Shown here: in pieces, positions 25,601-39,991 of the stretch
Layout of the letters: each line of letters starts with the position of its first letter
Position numbering within the stretch: the first letter of the stretch is position 1
Assembly (NCBI RefSeq): GCF_006345805.1
Contig: NC_043006.1
Span: forward strand, 99,758,001 to 99,822,000
Reading direction: 5' to 3'
Origin: Octopus sinensis
Lineage: Eukaryota
Length of the DNA stretch: 64,000 bases
Translations under genes and position numbers: made by a program
Notes under the pieces: model-generated
What the model saw: the letters and a program-made list of their open reading frames with translations, nothing else
What the model was told of the DNA's origin: nothing
Databases searched by the model: none

Positions 25601-25635
25601 AATTCGTCATCTGTTAAATATAGAACTGTATAGTT

Positions 25636-25652
25636 ATACGTATGTATTTATG

Positions 25653-25686
<34 letters not shown>

Positions 25687-25705
25687 TGTATGTATGTATG
25701 TATGT

Positions 25706-25754
<49 letters not shown>

Positions 25755-25809
25755 AAGATAGATAGATAGATAAATAGATAGATAGATAGATAGATATATA
25801 GATAGATAC

Positions 25810-25874
<65 letters not shown>

Positions 25875-25927
25875 AAGATAGATAAATAAATAGATAGATA
25901 GATAGAAAGACAGATAAATAGATAGAT
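25636..25927. repeat. (TATG)n grading into (GATA)n
   Basis: Directly visible. Confidence 0.95.
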
Positions 25928-27030
25928 ATGTTTCTTTATTAGCCACACAGGGCTGCACACAGATAGAACAAATTACAAGGTAGAGCTTTCTTTTGAAGGT
26001 ATTAAAAAAAAAAAAAAAAGGAAGGGGGAGGTTTGATCAAAAGGGATCGTAAGGAGGAGAGAAAGAGGACAAAAATAAGGGGGGTTAAAAAAAAAAAAAA
26101 AAAAAGGGGGGGGAGAGGAAAAAAAAATGATCAATAGGGATCGTTATCACAGAAATGTCAATATGAAGTGTAAAGGGGAGGACAGGTGAGGTTTTCCCGT
26201 GGAAAGAAAAGCCTGCGGAAAAGACCACGGTAACCTCGGTCAATGAAGTCACATTTTATATTTTTTTTTTTTTTTTTTTTTTTTGCAAATAAGCAACTCT
26301 CTGTTTTCGATTTCTGGGTTCATAGGACTATGCTCAAGGTGGCTTCGTCATTCATACGTGCCATTCTTGCTACATTCACCCATCTTTTTTAAAACATTCG
26401 CTAGACAAAACTTGCCTCTCTACTCTCACTTTCCTTTTCAAGTGGTACTTGAAGAAGTTGATGAGAGATTGACCAGAGAGGAAAGTGTTTGTCTCCAATC
26501 CTTTCAGACGCGTCCACCAGATACATTCTTTCGCCATAGCCACAAGGATGATGAAAATAGCTCTTCCTTCCCGTTTGAAGGAAGGAGGCGTGACAATATT
26601 GACGATAGACTCAGCTGATAAACCGACTCGTCCCACACGTGACAGCAGTTGTTCGACATAAGCCCAGGTCGGAAATTGTTGGACACTGAACGAGTGCGTG
26701 CAGAACGGTTTCGTCGCTCTGCCCGCATCTCGGGCAGGTCGGCCCCGTGTTTCTCGAGCCGTGTCTGTAGAGCTTATCCCGAACGGGTAGCGCTTCTCGG
26801 TAGCACTGCCAGACCAGGGATCTCTGGAAGTTGTCCATGGGCCCTGGCCCGAAAGTCGTCCCGAACAGGCGGGTCAGGTACTCCTCGTCGACGTCCAGGT
26901 TCGCCCCGAGCTCGTCGTCGTACCTCCCCTCCACTAAACCCCTATAGAATGCTTTGGTTGTGTTGAAGTCACTTAAGGTCGACCCAGGACGGCAGAGTTG
27001 CTTGAGAGCAACGCGACACTCGCGGTGCCA
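25928..27030 (-). mobile_element. Tx1-clade LINE copy T4, 5'-truncated (~1.1 kb, zf-RVT region + 3' UTR)
   Basis: GPTCPRCGQSDETVLHALVQC; (GATA)n on both sides (right array 27031-27162). Confidence 0.92.
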
Positions 27031-27032
27031 AT

Positions 27033-27162
<130 letters not shown>

Positions 27163-27792
27163 CCATTCATGTCTTTATATGTGAATGCTCGATTGCGTGA
27201 GGTATTTATGTACGCTTGCTACTACAACTATTCCGCAGCAGTTGAACGAATTCCCAGTGACTTTATTGCCAGGGTCGCAGAAAATTCTCTTGTGCTCTCA
27301 TTCTGTAAAATCTGTGTTTCCCTGATAAAATCTTACGGTTCAACAACGCGGAGACATTTTCCTGGCATCACTGCTTAGAAACAACCCCCCCCCCCAATAC
27401 TTTTCGTTTTTCCAATACATTATTATTTATTTTTTTGTGCTTTTTCGTAATTCTCTTTCTCTACGTATGTCTATATTTTGATTTTCTCTCCGATCACTCC
27501 TTACATACACATTGCTCATCTTTATCATTTTCCTGTTTCACTTAATTTTCTTCTTTATTTTTTTTTTTTTGCTTTCTACTTCGTTTCTATGCATTTCGTT
27601 TCCTTCCTTTCATTTCCTCTTTATCAGATCTAACTGGGAAATAGTCACTTCATGAATATTATGCATTTCTCTCTCGTCCGCTTATTGTATATATCAGTGC
27701 CCTGAATCTTTCTCTTGCTTTCTCACATAACTTACACTTCTAAGTGTATTCTACTCTTCGTTTCTGAACACACACATACATATATATATACA

Positions 27793-27871
<79 letters not shown>

Positions 27872-28747
27872 ATAGATATATGTATATATACATACATATA
27901 TATATTCTACATATATATATATATATATATATGACAAGGAATTGTTTTTGTATTACTCAAAATGTATCTGTTGATATCGCATTGCAATTCCTCTCATCAT
28001 ATCTACTTCTTATTACGTTAAAATGTAAAAAGGAATCGACATAATTCTGCATTATACTGCTTCAAAGAAGAGAATCATTTTCGTGTTTTCTAGTCAGAGG
28101 ATCCATTAACGGATTGAGATACTAAGTATAAAACGCATTAGGATGAAACAGTTCCAGTATCTCGTCCACAGATGCATTCAACTGACGAAAAAACTCCCCT
28201 GTCAGATGGACTTATCAAAGGATTAATGCTTATTTGTGTCAATGTCAATAGTTACGTTATCCAAAATTTTGAAGTCACATTAAAGATGGTATCTATCTGC
28301 ATTACATTTCAGAAAAGCTGTCTGTAATTGTACTTCTTTAATATCGAAAGCGAAACGATATACCAGGATGCAGCTGGTATACTTATGATCGTATTTCCCA
28401 CACCAGCGAATACATATACATCCCATTTGTTAATGCATCACTCTCAGCCAAGAAAGGATTACATATATTATGTCGATAAGAATATTGGTAAAAGATACCA
28501 ATGTTGGACATTGTAGCGTACGTATGTCAGATCAAATCGTCTATTGATAATACAATTTGAAATTACGTTTTATGCAATTTCTCCTCAGCTACATTCTTTT
28601 TCGATAAGGAAATGTTCTGTTTCTACGTATATTTTCGTCATTTAAAAGGATAAAAATTAATTATCTGTCATTAATTGCAGCAGGAAATTAAACGATCAGA
28701 AATAACTATTATTAAACACGTATTTATTCCTTATATTGTTTATCATA

Positions 28748-28800
28748 ATAACAACGTTTCGGCTGTTACATCTCCCAGACACCTTCATACATACCTAGCT
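28748..28800 (-). other. Degenerate relic of the family C hammerhead tail
   Basis: aacaacgtttcggctg matches the GAAA-CG-TT/stem II part; the core is eroded. Confidence 0.35.
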
Positions 28801-29098
28801 TGGTTTCTTCTGTCCTTACCCACTGCGTCGCTTCCATCAAAATAGAATGCATTTTGTCGAAACACGGCACCGTGTTGCATCAGTTCTGCTGTCTATTCAA
28901 AGACCTAAACGCTGAAAATACACATATTTGTATATTTGTGAGAAGTCGTAGTTGATTATTTACATAAACCTACAACGGTGGAGGACTGCTGTTGAGAATG
29001 ATTTCTTTTTTCTTTTTGCTTTTGTGGGTGTTGTTGTTTAGACCTGCTTCAACCCTTCAGCAACAGGTTGATATGTGGGCATTGGCGCTACACTGATA

Positions 29099-29099
<1 letters not shown>

Positions 29100-29150
<51 letters not shown>

Positions 29151-29192
29151 ACACACACACACACAACACACACGCACACACACACACACACG
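29100..29192. repeat. (CA)n microsatellite
   Basis: Directly visible. Confidence 0.95.
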
Positions 29193-30052
29193 CACAAAGT
29201 CATTGTTTTTGCTTGCTATGGATTACAGTAGCCAATATCCGTTTTCTTCTTCTTATGCCTCGGAGGGGAGGTCGCTTTGAAAGTGAGTCCACTATTTCTG
29301 CCTCGTTGAGGCATGGCGTAGCAGCTTCCTCATTGGTTTGTAGAAATCTTACTTTGCGTCTTGGATTAAAATTCTTCCTGTATTTATCCCACCGTGGTCG
29401 GTATTCAGTTTCATACTTTCATGTTCGTTATATATTTTTCTAGTTTTATATTTATGTGGTCTAACATCGCCGTATGTTTTTGAGTTTTATATTTCGATGT
29501 TATTAAAATATATTACATTGAAACTCTATAGTCAGTATAATCGATGCTACTCCTGTCGCGAATCTAGATCTTGTACAGGTTAAATACTGACTGAGCAGAT
29601 GGCCATTGCGAGAACCATTAGAGTGTAGGGTATTATGCGCTGTGATATACATTCCTATTCTTTGCACACCCTTTTCCGGCTTTTAGCATTGTGAGTTCCA
29701 ATCCAGATGTGCCCACTATAGGTGGTATAGGGAATCACTCAGCAAGCATAGCAGCACAGCCTAGATTTAGGGGTTTCATTAGCGAAGTTAGTTCTGTTCC
29801 ATGCATTTGAACATCAGTATATATTTATCTTGCTATGCACTCACTCGCACGAGCACACACACATACATACACCGACGTGCACACAGACACGCACACACAG
29901 TGACCTTGTCAACAGTCGTGGGCATTAGACCTCTCGTCTAAAGAATTAAATTAATATTTAGTATTTGTCACTAATTGTAACATGATATTAATCGATAAGA
30001 AATTAATATTATTAAACACATATTAACTCCAACTATCCTCATATTGGTTATT

Positions 30053-30110
30053 ATAATAACAACGATTCGGCTGCTATATCTTCCAGTCACTTCTGCAGCC
30101 TGTAGGCTTC
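30053..30110 (-). other. Degenerate relic of the family C hammerhead tail
   Basis: aacaacgattcggctgctatatcttccag resembles 24939-24970. Confidence 0.35.
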
Positions 30111-31439
30111 TTCGCAGAATTTCGAAATGCACATTTTTAAGTAACCTGAGGTGAATACAAAATTTTCATTCTGTTTTCTACACAAGAGTACGACAAGCAA
30201 GTGATGAACACTGGTTGGTATAGCCTCCGAAACAAAAGTGACGCCAGATTCCGTGCTCGATAATACATATCTACCAGACCACACCAGGCAATTCGTGTGT
30301 CAATTCATTTTACAGTGCACGAACATCGAAAATATATAGAACTACGTTGATATGACAAATCATTATCAGATGTTTTGAAAGGAAATTTTTTGTCTATTTC
30401 AACCGAAAAATATCAAAACTATTTTAGAAATATATCAAATTAGATCATTTTTTAAATATTTAGAGAGAATACCCAAATATTAACTTCTTTGCTTTCCTTA
30501 CATTTAGTTTTTCTGAGCGAGATGTTTGCTCAAACGCATTTGTCAATCGTTTTCATATTTGTTGTTAGTTTTGTTATCGCTGTCTCTATATTGCTTATCT
30601 CTATTGTCATTCACGATTCAGGTTCTACTAGATTTAATAACGTAGTTATAGGCAACACTTTTATTTGATTGTTCCCTCAAATATTTAACGAGCATTTAGT
30701 TTAATTAAATTATCATATATTTCCAACATTTCAGATTTGCTTTTTTTTTGCACCAATTCGTTTAATGGAGTTTATTGCTTTGCTTGTCTGTTCATTCATA
30801 TTCTTTCTTCTTTCGACTTTTAGCAAATCCTTCCTTAGAGATACGTTGTGGAGCTTTACAGAATTAAATGACAATCTAAATCACAGAAAGCATTGGATTT
30901 ACCGTAGGCATGAACCCTTTATAGCATTACTTATCTGGGTTGTTTCAGAGAAAAAAAAGAAGAAAAAGAAAATATTCTTTTATTCTTAGACGTTGTTGAT
31001 GCATTCATGATATTTGTAGCTTAAATTCCACTACAGTTCCAGGCTTAGAATAATTCACCGAATAGCGACTTTCATAAATTAAGTTACGAACTGAGGAATA
31101 TAGTATTATTATTATTCTGCAATCTTATTTACATTGCGTACTTTCCATGTACTGCTGAGCAGGGTTCTCCCGTTTTCGATTTGTTATTTATTGTTAGTAT
31201 TAAATGTAATTTGTGTGCGGTGCCTGGAGGTTCTATCTCACGAGTTGTTTCTGGAGCTTAGTCTACATATTTGACCTGGTTTGTGATTATTCCTAATGCG
31301 TCTACTATGATGAGCAATTTGTTATTTGCAAACCCATATTATATCTATTTTTATTTCAAGGTATATCTGGGACTTAAACTATCATTTATTGTGCTTAATA
31401 TATAAAATATCATCATCATCATCATCACCATCATCATAA

Positions 31440-31640
31440 TTCGTTTGAATTCAATTTTATTTCATCTTCCAACCGGGCCTCAACCAGAGACCTAAGGCCC
31501 GTATAAATTTGAGGTAAAGTCACTGATCGCTTGATGTCAGCACAAAATTTTGAACATCGAAAATTGCTGGTTTCCCTGGTATCTGGTCAACAAATAGTCG
31601 GTACCTTAGTTGACCATTCCCGGCCATCCAGAACAAGAAT
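31440..31640 (-). mobile_element. Old R4/Dong-like 3' end relic
   Basis: ccagagacct and ggtttccctggtatctg resemble the D3 3' region (63249-63570); preceded by (CAT)n. Confidence 0.3.
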
Positions 31641-31989
31641 GGTTTTGTTTTGTTTTTTAATTTTACGTTCTCAATTTCAACGGCTTACTTTTTTAGTATA
31701 GTTTTTTTCCAATTCTTTTCCTCAGACACTTTTTCTTACGAGGTTAGTGGAATCCGTAAGGGGATCTTTGTAATATCCGCCTGATTCTATGAATTACGGT
31801 GACGCGTTAGAATACCAGGATAGATGCTCAGTGGTATATGCGTCTTTACACTCTGATTCGAAATTCCGTAATGTTCGACTTTGCTATTCGCGATCAATGA
31901 ACACTGAAGTCGATCTAATCGATTTATCCCACCCCGAACTTACTATCCTCAGGAAAATTTTGAAACTAATATGTTACATTTCATTAAGA

Positions 31990-32126
31990 CAAGAGCTGGC
32001 AGAATATTCAGCACACCAGACAAATTGCTTAGCGGCATTTCGCCCGTCTGTACGTATGGAGTTGTGTTTGCTATTCATCGTTTCGCGACCGATAGAATAA
32101 GTACAAGCACTAGTGTCGATGTATAT
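31990..32126 (+). mobile_element. SINE family B, degraded and internally deleted
   Basis: gagctggcagaat...gcttagcggcatttcg...gatagaataagtac matches the head and body of the adjacent minus copy. Confidence 0.55.
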
Positions 32127-32127
32127 A

Positions 32128-32362
32128 CCTATTTCTTTACTACCCACAAAGGGCTAAGCACAGAGAGGAAAAAGAAGGATAGACAAACGGATTAAGTCGA
32201 TTATATCGACCCCAGTGCGTAACTGGTACTTATTTAATCGACCCCGAAAGGATGAAAGGCAAAGTCGACCCCGGCGGAATTTGAACTGAGAACGTAACGG
32301 CAGACGAAATACGGCTACGCATTTCGCCCGGCATGCTAACGATTCTGCCATCTCGCCACCTT
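32128..32362 (-). mobile_element. SINE family B (tRNA-derived), near full length
   Basis: Sense ggtggcgagatggcagaatcgttagcatgccgggcgaaatgc...gttcaaattccgccggggtcgactttgcc (B-box-like), ending ...gtagtaaagaaatagg. Confidence 0.8.
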
Positions 32363-34130
32363 AATGTATATACCTATGTGTGTTCGTGTGCGTGTGTGTG
32401 TGCATGTGTGTGTGTTGTGTGTATGATGGGTTAAAATACAGTAAGCTGTTAAATTATGGAACAACTTACCCTTGAATTATGTAGAGTTAATGCCATCTCC
32501 AAATTGTTATTTAACAATGTAGTTAACACATAATATCTCCTGTTTCATTATGTTTCATGAAACATATTTCGACTTGTGAAATCTCGTACAGGGAGGAGGG
32601 AATCGGTTCTTTATAACTATAATATTGTGATTTCGATCTGTTTTTGTCTCGTCATCTTTGATCTCGTCCACTTCACAAACACTTTGATCAGTCAGATTTT
32701 TTTATATAGATAACTGTTGCCCTTCATCTACTTATTGATATTTTCAAAATAGATGTCTGATGGGTTAATAATTATGAATACGACAATTCTATTTAGTTTC
32801 AAGTGTAAATTTCGGGTTAATCTTTATAAAAACAGTGAATATGTTTTTGTTTGTTTATCACAAAAAAAGAGATAGGAGAAATATCATCAACTCTCAAACC
32901 AAACAACTACCAATTGGTAAAAAGCAATATATAACCACAAAGAATGAAATATTGAACAAAGTTCGTATATCAACTTCGCAAACGCAAAACACATGAAAAA
33001 TGTAATATTGCAACAAAAATAATATCAGTAAATTTTTTGTATAGAATCTCAAGAAAGAAGACGTATTTGTCAAGCAAAAGGCGTGTTTTGCGCCAGTCAT
33101 TTAACTCCAAATCGTGAGGTCGTGAGGCCGTGTTGCCCTAGTAAACTGTTTATTTCATATGCGTCGTTTTTGTGGTTCGATTCCAGGAACGGTCTTTTTG
33201 TTTAATTGTTTTAGTCTACTCCCCTGTTACAAGTATCAGGCGAGTGTGTGTGTGTGTGTGTCTGTCTGTTTGTCTATGTGTCTATCTGTGTGCGTGTAGC
33301 TGTGAATGCCTACATATTCCATTAGGCCTATAACGAACGTCCTGAGAAGATTATGGGCGATAAGACTACAAATTGTTGAATATATTTCAGAGTAGAAGTC
33401 ACTGGATTCTATCTAGAATTAAAATATGATATAACGATGCCAGGGTAATATGATCAAGAATGAGGAATATAGCACTTACACATGCGGTATACATAGACTT
33501 AAAGTACATCACAACTCAAAATTGATACCAATACTGCAACCTAATGTTTAGAGTACTGGTTGTGGTGATGGTGGATCTACGTCGTTCTACGATGAGGATT
33601 TATCTAAATTAAAGTGTACGTGGCTGAGTATTCAACAGCATATACACATATACCTGTGCGCCTAACGTGATCCGTTTGAAGAGTCAGCAGGCCAAAATGC
33701 TGGATGAGGTCCTCTTTCAAACTATTGGTTCAGTACACATTTTTTTCGCCAACTCAATTTCATTCGCAAGATGACACGCTGCGATACTGAATCCAGTATG
33801 TCGAAGATACGAATCAATCGTTTTAAACACACCGCCATACAATGTGATCACAGAGCTGCCTCTAAATTAAGGCATTCAGAAAAGCAGAGGAAACAACATT
33901 CCACATGCAATATAGCCATAATAACCAACCAACATGAATATAAAAATACATAAGTGGTTGTAGTAGGTGTATAACTCAAGATCTGGGCTGATTACCAAAT
34001 TCTATGATCGAATCTGTTTCAGTCGTAAATAACTCTTCTTTATTATTTAGTTAAGGCATTAACAACATTGAATAAAGACGCGTTGCATAGTGCATACGGA
34101 TTTAGAGTCATGTTCTTAGGTCCGTTTTAA

Positions 34131-34331
34131 GATAGGGATGCTGAAGGTTACTTGGTCTTAAGAGTATCGTGAAAGGCCTGGTTGGCGGCCCAACCGTTCG
34201 AGTTCTTTTACAGGGCTTAGAGAAATCGTAGGACCGCTGCAATAACTGTGAATCTGAGAGGGGAATATATTACTTATTCTCCTTATATTCTCTTTTACCC
34301 AAAGGCAGGACATTTTCAGGACCTCTACGTA
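34131..34331. mobile_element. Second copy of the mariner-type MITE
   Basis: Homologous to 20506-20699; ends ttttcaggacctctacgta. Confidence 0.65.
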
Positions 34332-35160
34332 CGGTTCCACAATCAACCACCCGATTGTGTCGTTGAGCGATGTGCTTCATTTCACAACGGCCTTCTCTAC
34401 ACTACTAAAATGTGTATCGAATTTGTGCTGCTGTAGCCTCTGTCCGTCCTGACTTCACATCGTACACGATATGTCAGGTCAATGGATTAGGCTGACAAAT
34501 ATCTTAAAGCAGTTAACGAAAGCATGTTATAAAACACCATGCTACACTCACTTGAGGGTGCTGTCTATGGTTTTTTGCTATATTAAATATTACAGAAATT
34601 AACATGTATTTTCTATTACAGTCTATTTTATCTGTAAGCCTCAATGATACAGTAATTTATAATTCATTTGTAAAATATTAATTACAAAGCACGCACTTTA
34701 TTTTTGTACATAATTTTTGTAGTCGATACACTGGCTTCGTTTTGTATCTACATAGCTTTGCATGGATGTTTCTATTTTTCCTTTTTCTTTTCCCATTGGA
34801 TAGAGGCTAGCGTCCACACTGTCTCATAACTCAAAACAGTTTTCCCCAAAACACAGGCAATATCAGATAAGAGCAAATTAATTCGCGTTACAGGCATGAT
34901 GCCGAAATGTCAAAATGAAACCGAAATAGCTAAAACATAGGCACCATGACTACATGAAAAAAATGATCATACAATTCCTATTATGTATTATTAATAATCC
35001 CATCTCAAGCAATAATGAATAGGATGCTATCATCATTTTTGTTTCTATTATGAAGGGTTGATAATTGTTATTATATGTTTCCAATTATTTTTGTACTAAT
35101 TTTCTCATGTGACATTCATTTCTTATCCAAGCATCATAACTATGATCATCATCATCAAGA

Positions 35161-35312
35161 TGGGGGGGCTGCCAGAATCGTTAGCCGCCGGACAAGATTC
35201 TTTATAGCATTATGATAGTTTTTAACGCTAATATTGGTACCAGTAGGACACTGGGTCAATGTAATCAACTAGGACCCTCCCACTAAAATTCAGGCCTTGT
35301 GGCTGCAGTAGA
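35161..35312 (+). mobile_element. Degraded SINE family B copy
   Basis: gccagaatcgttagccgccggacaag...gtaccagtaggacactgg. Confidence 0.4.
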
Positions 35313-35379
<67 letters not shown>

Positions 35380-35380
<1 letters not shown>

Positions 35381-35572
35381 GTTTGACTTTTGCTTTATAT
35401 TTGTACAAGTCTAACCCAGAGACCTCAAGAGACAACAAGTTGGAAGTTCATGTCGGTGTTATGCCTAGGGTGCCATATATTTGGTTTTGTACTTAGTGTT
35501 GTACTAGTAAGTGTTTAAGAAACTATAAGAAAATTAGGTTTGTTTTAAAACTTGAGTTTATCAGTATTTTCA
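35380..35572 (-). mobile_element. R4/Dong-like family D3, 3' UTR-only copy abutting (ATT)n (35314-35378)
   Basis: Homologous to 63248-63470 and 56885-57060. Confidence 0.7.
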
Positions 35573-36025
35573 GAGTAGACAGATGTATACATAAGAAAAC
35601 AAGTACATAGATAAATATATCGACACATTGTTAGATCAAACACAAATGACACAAAGTGAAATTTCGATGATGCTTTTATTTTTCGATACAGAGAGGAGGC
35701 AGAAACGTAATTAGAGAGAAAGTGTCGGTGTGAAAGGGGGCGGTAGAGAGAGTGTGTGGTAATAGAAGTGTGTGTGTGTATGAGTATGTGTGTGAAACGG
35801 ATGGCAAGTAGATAGATATTGCATCGACACATTGTTAAAATCATTGAGAAATAAACAAAAGGTTTTCGATGTTACTTTTACTTTTGGATACAGACGAAGG
35901 ACAGAGCGGTAGTGAGAGATAAAATGCCAGAGCGAAAGGGAGCGCTAGAGAGAGTGCGGCAATAGAAAGTGCATGTGTGAGTGTGTGCTTTGTGTGGACA
36001 TGTGACATTATGTGTGTGTTTATAA

Positions 36026-36047
36026 ATAGATAGATAGATAGATAGAC

Positions 36048-36124
<77 letters not shown>

Positions 36125-36133
36125 TAAATAGAT

Positions 36134-36217
<84 letters not shown>
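36026..36217. repeat. (GATA)n array
   Basis: Directly visible. Confidence 0.95.
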
Positions 36218-36218
<1 letters not shown>

Positions 36219-36519
36219 CTTTCTTTTATTAGCCACACAGGCTGCTGAATACAGAGGGGACAAATACAAATGCAGAGCTTTTCTTTTCGAGGTTGGAAAA
36301 AAATAAAAATGTAAGATTGCGATCAAAAGGGATCGAGAGGAGGAAAAAAAAGGAAAAAAGGAAAATCGTGTATCACAGAAATAATGGTGTAAACATTGAT
36401 ATAACAAGATTGGGTTCATCCGTGGGAAGAAAAGCCTACAGAAAGACCACGGGAACCCCAGTCAGGGAGGAAATAAACACATGAGGTCAAAAATGCTCTC
36501 TTTCTTTCTTTTTTACGAT

Positions 36520-39500
36520 CTACAGGATCATGCTCAAAATGGTTTCGTTACTAGCACGCACCATCTTTGCAACATTCACCCATCTTTTTTTGAATCTTTC
36601 GCGAGACAAAAACTTCCCTCTCCATTCTCACCTTCCTTTTCAAGTGGTACTTGAAAAAGTTGATGAGCGATTGGCCAGAGAGGTAAGTGTTTGTCTCTAA
36701 TCCTTTCGCTCGAGTCCACCACACACATTCTTTCACCATGGCCACCAGTACGATGAAAAAATGCCTTGCCTTCCCGGTTGAGGGAAGGGGGCGGAGCAAT
36801 TCTCACGATAGACTCGGCCGATAGGCGGATTCGTCCACACGTGACAGCAGCCGTTCGGCATAAGCCCACAGGTCGGAAATGGTTGGACATTGCACGAGTG
36901 CGTGCAGAACGGTTTCGTCGCTCTGACCGCATCTCGGGCAAGTCGGTCCAGTGTGTCTGGAACCGTGTCTGTAGAGCTTATCCCGAACAGGTAATGCTTC
37001 TCGATAGCACTGCCAGGCCAGGGATCTTTGGTGATTGTTCATAGGTCCCGGCCCGAAAGTTGTCCTGAAAAGGCGGGTCAGGGTTCCTCGTCGACGCCCA
37101 GACTCTGCCCGAGTTCGTCGTCGCACCACCCCCTCCACTAATCCTCTATAGAATGCCTTTGTTGTGATGGAGTCGCACAAGTTCGATCCCGGACGGCAGA
37201 GTTGCTTGAGAGCAACGCGACATTCGCGGTGCCATTCGCCTAGCCTCGGTCTCTGCTTGATCCATGACTGTAGTTCGTCCAAGGAGACGAGCTGCGGGAA
37301 AGCGCGCCGCACAAAAGGCGACCACCCCTGTTCACCGTTGTCTATGAAGCGCCGGAGATGTCGCAGTCTCAGCGCATGTCTGCGCATCATCAACCACGGC
37401 ATGCCCAGCCCTCCATTTAGCGGGTGTTGGCAGCAAATGGATCGCCTAACCATCGGAACGTTTCCCTTCCACAAGAAGCGGAAGAGTATGCGTTCCAGTT
37501 TGGTGATGGTAGGGTCGGGACAAGGCACGACGGTCAGACGATACTCGATGACGGATGCGATGTACGCGTTCGCCACCTCCGCCCGACCTTTAGGGATAGC
37601 TTTCTCTCAGTCCATTTCTGGGTGAGAGTAGCCACCCTAGTCGTTATCTCGCCCCAGTTCTTCCCATTTGGAGGTCCGGACCGAACCAGACCCCGAGCAA
37701 TTTAACCGGTCCGTCCGTCCAGCGTCCCACGATGGAGACGCTGTTGGACGGCATGGGCTTGCTTCTCCAGGTGCCGAGCCGCAAGCCCACTGACTTTTCC
37801 GGTTAATTTTTGCTCCCGTTACCGCTTCGTATTCTTTCAGTGTCTCGCCGACCAGCTCGATGTGCTCGTAGCTCGACACTATGACGGTGACGTCATCCGC
37901 GTATGCAGACACGCTCCTCCCGCATCCCAGCTCTCGTGGGATGCCCCTCAGCGTCGCCAGTTTCCGCAGTAGTGGCTCAAGAGTCAGTACATACAGCAGC
38001 GATGAGAGGGGGCATCCCTGACGAACCGAACGCATGATGTTAAAAGGTCTGGATAGATGACCATTTACGCGAACTACTGAGCGGATGCCGCTGTATAAGG
38101 CAGCGATCCAACCGCGGAAAACTGGACCGAAACCAGCCGCTTTGAGGACCGCCTCCAAGTAGTGATGGTCTACCCTATCGAAGGCTTTGATTGATCCAAA
38201 TTGATCAGCGCCCCACCATGCCAGGATTTTTAACTACCCTGTCTATGATGTAGCGCATCAGATGGAGGTTGTCATGAATACTTCTACCCGGCACGGCGCA
38301 TGTTTGCGCCTTGTCGATTAGTTTCTTGATGACAAGCGCAACCTCTCGGCTAACACCTTGGCCAAAATTTTCAAATCTGCGTTGAGCAGAGTGATGGGCC
38401 TGAAATTATCTATGACGTCCCCCTTGTTTGGGTCTTTCTTGATCAGTGCCACTGCTCCTCGCTTTACAAAAGCAGGAATACTCCCGTTCTGCTGCCAGTT
38501 GCAGTAGACAGCTGCCAAGACGCCTCCAAACAAGTCTGGCATATGAAAATAAAATTCGTAGGGCAGACCATCCAAGCCTGGTGACTTGTCTCTCGCGCAG
38601 CCTACCATCGCATCCTGTACATCCGCAGCTGTGATAGGCTTTTCACAAGACTCCACCTCCCTTGCTGAGAGTCGTGGCAAGGCATGCAGGTAGGCACTAA
38701 AGTCCACTCTGCTTTCTGACTCACCACTTGTCCCAAACAGTTGGGTGAAGTGTTGTTGAAAAACCCCCACACATCCTTTAGGCTCGAGCAATTCGCGCCC
38801 CTGTTCATCTATAAGAGACTTGATGGTGGCTCTGTTGCCTCGTTGCGTCTCCACCACTCGGGCCTCTTGGGCGGCTCCAACTCCTTCGTTCCTCAGAGCA
38901 CGCATCCTAGCTCTGACAACGCATCCCTCGTGTTGGCGTTGAGGTGTTGGTCGAGGGCCAATCTCGCCGCCAGTACGTTGGACGCGATGCCAGTTCTAAG
39001 TGCCTCTTCTAAAACCTTAACTAATTCTCCCTCTATTCTATTTCGGTCTAATGCTAGGGCTCTACTGTATCTGACTGATTCTGCTTTAATCGCTTTTTTT
39101 AGGGCATACCACCATCTGTTGTTGATGATGGTACCCGTCAAAGCTCTCTTAACTAATGTGCTGATCCGGTCCCTGTAAACCTGTCGTGCTGTAAAAGACG
39201 CGTTCAGTTTCCAGTAACCAGGACCTGCCTATGTGTCTTATCTAAGTCAAGTGTACAAGTCACAAACTTGTGATCTGTGTAACTGACTATATGAAATTGT
39301 GGACAACCTACACTATTTTTATCTATTGTCCTACAGAATACTCTATCTAAGTATGATCTGGACGACCCGATGCGGTTACTCCATGTCCACATTGGCACAT
39401 TCGGGTGGTCCAGTCGGTACCTGTCAGACAGTTGGAAACGTCTGAGCAGGTCTTTGAGGCATTTGCATCCCCTTCTATTGCTATCTCTGCCCACGTAGTC

Positions 39501-39949
39501 TAGATGCGTGTCCAGGGTGGCATTCCAATCCCCCACTAAAAGTAAAGGACGAGACGTTCCCATGAAAGACTCTAGACGTCGAAAGAAATCTGGTCGGCCT
39601 GTTAAGGACGGAGCATAAACTGCTATCAGTCGAAAAGCACACTCATTGCTGCCATCGACATCCAAAACGACCAGCCTACCTCCGGGTCTAGGAAAATTGC
39701 TCTTACTTTGAGATCCAGACTCTTCCGGATAAGCACCGCGGTGCCACCTCCGCCCATTCTCGGTAGACACGGAGAAAAATAAATGTTGAAATGTGTACCG
39801 AAAATGTGCTGGAGTGCCCGCAAGCTGTGGAGTCTGGTCTCACTGATGGCTATGATATTCAGATTTAGTGACTTGATGTCATTTAACAGGTAGCCTTGTT
39901 TCCAAGGCGACCCCAAGCCACGTACATTTATACTACCTATTCTGAGCAT
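36520..39949 (-). CDS. T5 ORF2: APE endonuclease + RT + zf-RVT (frameshifted)
   Basis: MLRIGSINVRGLGSPWKQG...AISET; SPGLDGLPYEFY; NFRPITLLNAD; QGCPLS; AYADDV; CPRCGQSDETVLHALVQC. Confidence 0.9.
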
Positions 39950-39991
39950 GTTCCGATAAAAGTGTAAAAAAGGAAAAGGAGAGAGAAAAGG

